Shown here: positions 61,761 to 64,000 of the stretch, in pieces
How positions within the stretch are numbered: the first letter of the stretch is position 1
Layout: every line of letters begins with the position of its first letter
Source: a virus
Taxonomy: Duplodnaviria; Heunggongvirae; Uroviricota; Caudoviricetes
Length of the DNA: 64,000 bases
IMG/VR virus record: IMGVR_UViG_3300029288_003766
Location: 25,787 to 89,786 of that record
Strand: one strand, 5' to 3'
Notes under the pieces: generated by a model
The model's input: the letters and a program-made list of their open reading frames with translations, nothing else
The model's database searches: none
Told to the model about the DNA's origin: nothing
Program-made: the position numbers and the translations under genes

Positions 61761-62837
61761 ATGCCAATAGATCAAAAATATATCCAGAGTATAATTGGAA
61801 AAGTAGAGGGGGTGGCTTCAGGCACGGAATCAAAGGTTGAGCATTGGCTAGATTCAGGTAATTATGCTCTTAACAAAGCTATTTCCGGTTCTTATTTGAA
61901 AGGGCTTCCTTTTGGGCGGGTGGTAGAGATCTTCGGTGAGCCGTCGACCTGTAAATCATTGCTTACTTACCATTGGTTAGCTTCAGTTCAGAGGATGGGT
62001 GGAGTTGCTATTTTAGATGATGCTGAAGATTCATACACAGAAACATTTGGTAAGCTACTTGGAGTTGATAGTAGCGCTCTCATTAGACTTAGTTCACTTA
62101 CAGTAGAGGAGCATTTTGAGAAAGTTTTTCTTGGTTGGAAAGACTCTAACGGCAAGATGAAGCCTGGATTGGTAGATTTGATCTGGGAGAAAGATACCGA
62201 TTGCCCTATTTTGGTCGCATTGGATAGTTTGGCTTTATTATCAACGAGGCATGAACAAGAAGTTATGTTGGAGAAGCCTGATATGACTAAGGCTAAAGTA
62301 ATTAGATCGGCTCTTCGTAATTCAGCTAAGTATATGAAACGAGGGAACATTATACATAGTGTGAATAACCATGTAACTTATAAGATAGGTGTGATGTTTG
62401 GAAACCCAAAGACTACCCCCGGGGGTACGGGTATGCCTTTCTCTGCGTCGGTTAGATTGGAGATGGCTTTAGCCGGGAAGATAAAGGATGCCAGTAATCC
62501 TGACAAAATAATTGGAATGATGTATACTGCTAAAGGTGCAAAGAATAGGATAGCTCCACCGTTCCAGGAGGCTAATTTGGATATTTATTTTAATCGGGGT
62601 GTTGATCCATTTAGCGGCCTACTTGATAGCTTAATGGTTAATGGTATTGCTAAAGATGGGGATAAGAAGGGTTATGTTGAGATCTTTGGAGAGCAGGTTA
62701 AGAAATCTGAGTTTAAGGATTATATAAAGAAAAATTTGAGTAGAATAGACTTACCTACTACTTCTTCATCAAATGGTTCTTCTAGCAGCTCCTCTAATAA
62801 AAACATAGAAGCTCCTAAGACAAAGAAGAGTGCTTAA
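61761..62837 (+). CDS. RecA-family recombinase (UvsX-like)
   Basis: Walker A EIFGEPSTCKSLL in a RecA-like N-terminal core; GGAG RBS. Confidence 0.65.
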   Translation: MPIDQKYIQSIIGKVEGVASGTESKVEHWLDSGNYALNKAISGSYLKGLPFGRVVEIFGEPSTCKSLLTYHWLASVQRMGGVAILDDAEDSYTETFGKLLGVDSSALIRLSSLTVEEHFEKVFLGWKDSNGKMKPGLVDLIWEKDTDCPILVALDSLALLSTRHEQEVMLEKPDMTKAKVIRSALRNSAKYMKRGNIIHSVNNHVTYKIGVMFGNPKTTPGGTGMPFSASVRLEMALAGKIKDASNPDKIIGMMYTAKGAKNRIAPPFQEANLDIYFNRGVDPFSGLLDSLMVNGIAKDGDKKGYVEIFGEQVKKSEFKDYIKKNLSRIDLPTTSSSNGSSSSSSNKNIEAPKTKKSA

Positions 62838-62846
62838 TATTAAAAG

Positions 62847-63041
62847 ATGATATACCACAAATGTTTCAAAGATCAAAAATCTAGTATTGAAAATAATAAG
62901 GATATAATTAACAAAATTGATTCTGCTTCTAATCCTAGGAAAGTGTTGGAATTTTTGATGTATGTAGAGCATGATGCTGGAAACTGTAATTGTGAGGAAG
63001 TATTGAACCATGCTTTTGCGAGGGTTAAAATTTTGATATAA
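62847..63041 (+). CDS. hypothetical protein (64 aa)
   Basis: Small ORF after the recombinase. Confidence 0.35.
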   Translation: MIYHKCFKDQKSSIENNKDIINKIDSASNPRKVLEFLMYVEHDAGNCNCEEVLNHAFARVKILI

Positions 63042-63107
63042 GGAGGTGGTTATAAATTTATTTATGTTATAAAAACATGTGGGTTGTGGTAAGTAAAATT
63101 AAGGAGG

Positions 63108-63674
63108 TTGGGAATGTTTGTTTCAAAAAAGAAAAAAGAATTTTTGCACCCACTTACTGATAAGTGGTTACCTCTTATTAATCATTTTTCTCGCAAATAT
63201 AACCTCCCTGTTTTAGATCTGCTCCAAGAGGCGTATATTCTAGAGTGGAGTATGTGTGATAAGGAATCTAAGTATTACAAAAAATTTAGGTGTCTTAAAC
63301 ACAAAGAGAATTACTTCAGTAAGTCACTCTACCACCAGTTATACAGACGTGTAAATAGTTGGGGATTGTTAGAGATGGAACCAAAGAAAAATACAATTAA
63401 GCTTACAAGACTTGACTCTAACGATATGATTGATTCAATAATTAAGTTAAGGTCATTCAACGAAATTTATTATGAGGAACTAGTTACTCATACAGTTGTA
63501 ATTTTATCTTCAAAAAATCTACTAGCTGCTAAGTTGTTCAGGGATAAGATGAATATGCAGATTAGGTGGAAAGAGCTAAAGTTGGATTATTATAAGAAAA
63601 CTTCCCACTATAAGTTTTACAAAGCCGTTAAATTGATAAAGAAAGTAGTGAAGCAGGAAATTTGTTATGCTTAG
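63108..63674 (+). CDS. hypothetical basic protein (188 aa)
   Basis: AAGGAGG RBS; no family recognised. Confidence 0.45.
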   Translation: MGMFVSKKKKEFLHPLTDKWLPLINHFSRKYNLPVLDLLQEAYILEWSMCDKESKYYKKFRCLKHKENYFSKSLYHQLYRRVNSWGLLEMEPKKNTIKLTRLDSNDMIDSIIKLRSFNEIYYEELVTHTVVILSSKNLLAAKLFRDKMNMQIRWKELKLDYYKKTSHYKFYKAVKLIKKVVKQEICYA

Positions 63675-63692
63675 TTAACACCGGGGGTTTTT

Positions 63693-64000
63693 GTGCGAAT
63701 AGGGTTAATATCGGATACTCATTTTCAAAATTGGCAAACCTTTGGCCAATGCCACGAGAAAAAAATATCAAAACGCTTACTCCAACAAAAAGATAATTTT
63801 ATTCAAGCAGCATCTTTTTTTAAAAAAGAACGTGTGGACCTTATAGTTCATGGGGGTGACTGGGTTCATCAAGTTGGAGGTGTGAGTAATGAGGTATTGA
63901 ATATCAGCAATGATTTGCTTGATGATCTTACTATTCCTATTCTCTTCGTTTGTGGTAATCATGACACACCTGTTAGGATCTCACCAAAGAAGCACCATCT
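63693..64000 (+). CDS. Mre11/SbcD-like metallophosphoesterase nuclease (gp47-like), N-terminal part, GTG start, runs off window end
   Basis: Translation from GTG 63693: VRIGLISDTHF ... LIVHGGDWVH ... LFVCGNHD gives phosphoesterase motifs I-III. GGGGG 6 nt upstream. Not in the ORF track because no stop lies within the window. Confidence 0.6.
   Translation, partial: MRIGLISDTHFQNWQTFGQCHEKKISKRLLQQKDNFIQAASFFKKERVDLIVHGGDWVHQVGGVSNEVLNISNDLLDDLTIPILFVCGNHDTPVRISPKKHH

Noticed and set aside
63108-63674. 188-aa basic protein as a T4 gp55-like late sigma factor
   Set aside because: Size is similar but I could not find convincing sequence correspondence to gp55 or sigma region 2. Left as hypothetical.
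1-64000. Prophage or integrative element
   Set aside because: No integrase, recombination directionality factor, att-like direct repeats or flanking bacterial genes are visible. The content looks like a lytic phage replication and host-takeover region.

Overview
This window reads as a densely packed, AT-rich segment of a large lytic dsDNA phage genome. Both edges cut through genes; I saw no integrase, rRNA or CRISPR array. Genes at 1-14830 run leftward (minus strand). A divergent AT-rich control region lies at 14831-15127, and from 15128 to the end genes run rightward. The recognisable content falls into five groups. (1) A T4-like replication and recombination module: gp32-like SSB, UvsX/RecA-like recombinase, Mre11/SbcD-like nuclease, gp45-like clamp, RFC-like clamp loader, DnaB-like helicase, DnaC-like loader, DnaG-like primase and an SF2 helicase. 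The polymerase is family A, fused to an N-terminal UDG-like domain. (2) An unusually large RNA-repair toolkit: RtcB, an Rnl2-type RNA ligase, a Thg1-like 3'-5' polymerase, a Pol-beta-type nucleotidyltransferase and a P-loop kinase. (3) A nicotinamide salvage pair, nicotinamidase PncA plus nicotinate phosphoribosyltransferase PncB. (4) A PurA-family adenylosuccinate-synthetase homolog (candidate PurZ), a MazG-like pyrophosphatase and an HD hydrolase. (5) Three tandem DNA methyltransferases, five homing endonucleases, three YopX paralogs and a LemA/TPM/SPFH/pilin-like membrane block. The non-coding DNA is unusually structured. It holds a four-member family of ~100-nt hairpin-rich elements sharing a GGGCTGTTGGCG 5' motif, and a four-unit tandem repeat array with UUCG/GAAA tetraloop hairpins. 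It also holds a 650-bp gene-free region with GTAAG iterons, a tRNA-like element lacking an anticodon arm, and a promoter-like palindromic motif conserved four times. All calls are from reading the sequence and the ORF track; no database searches were run.
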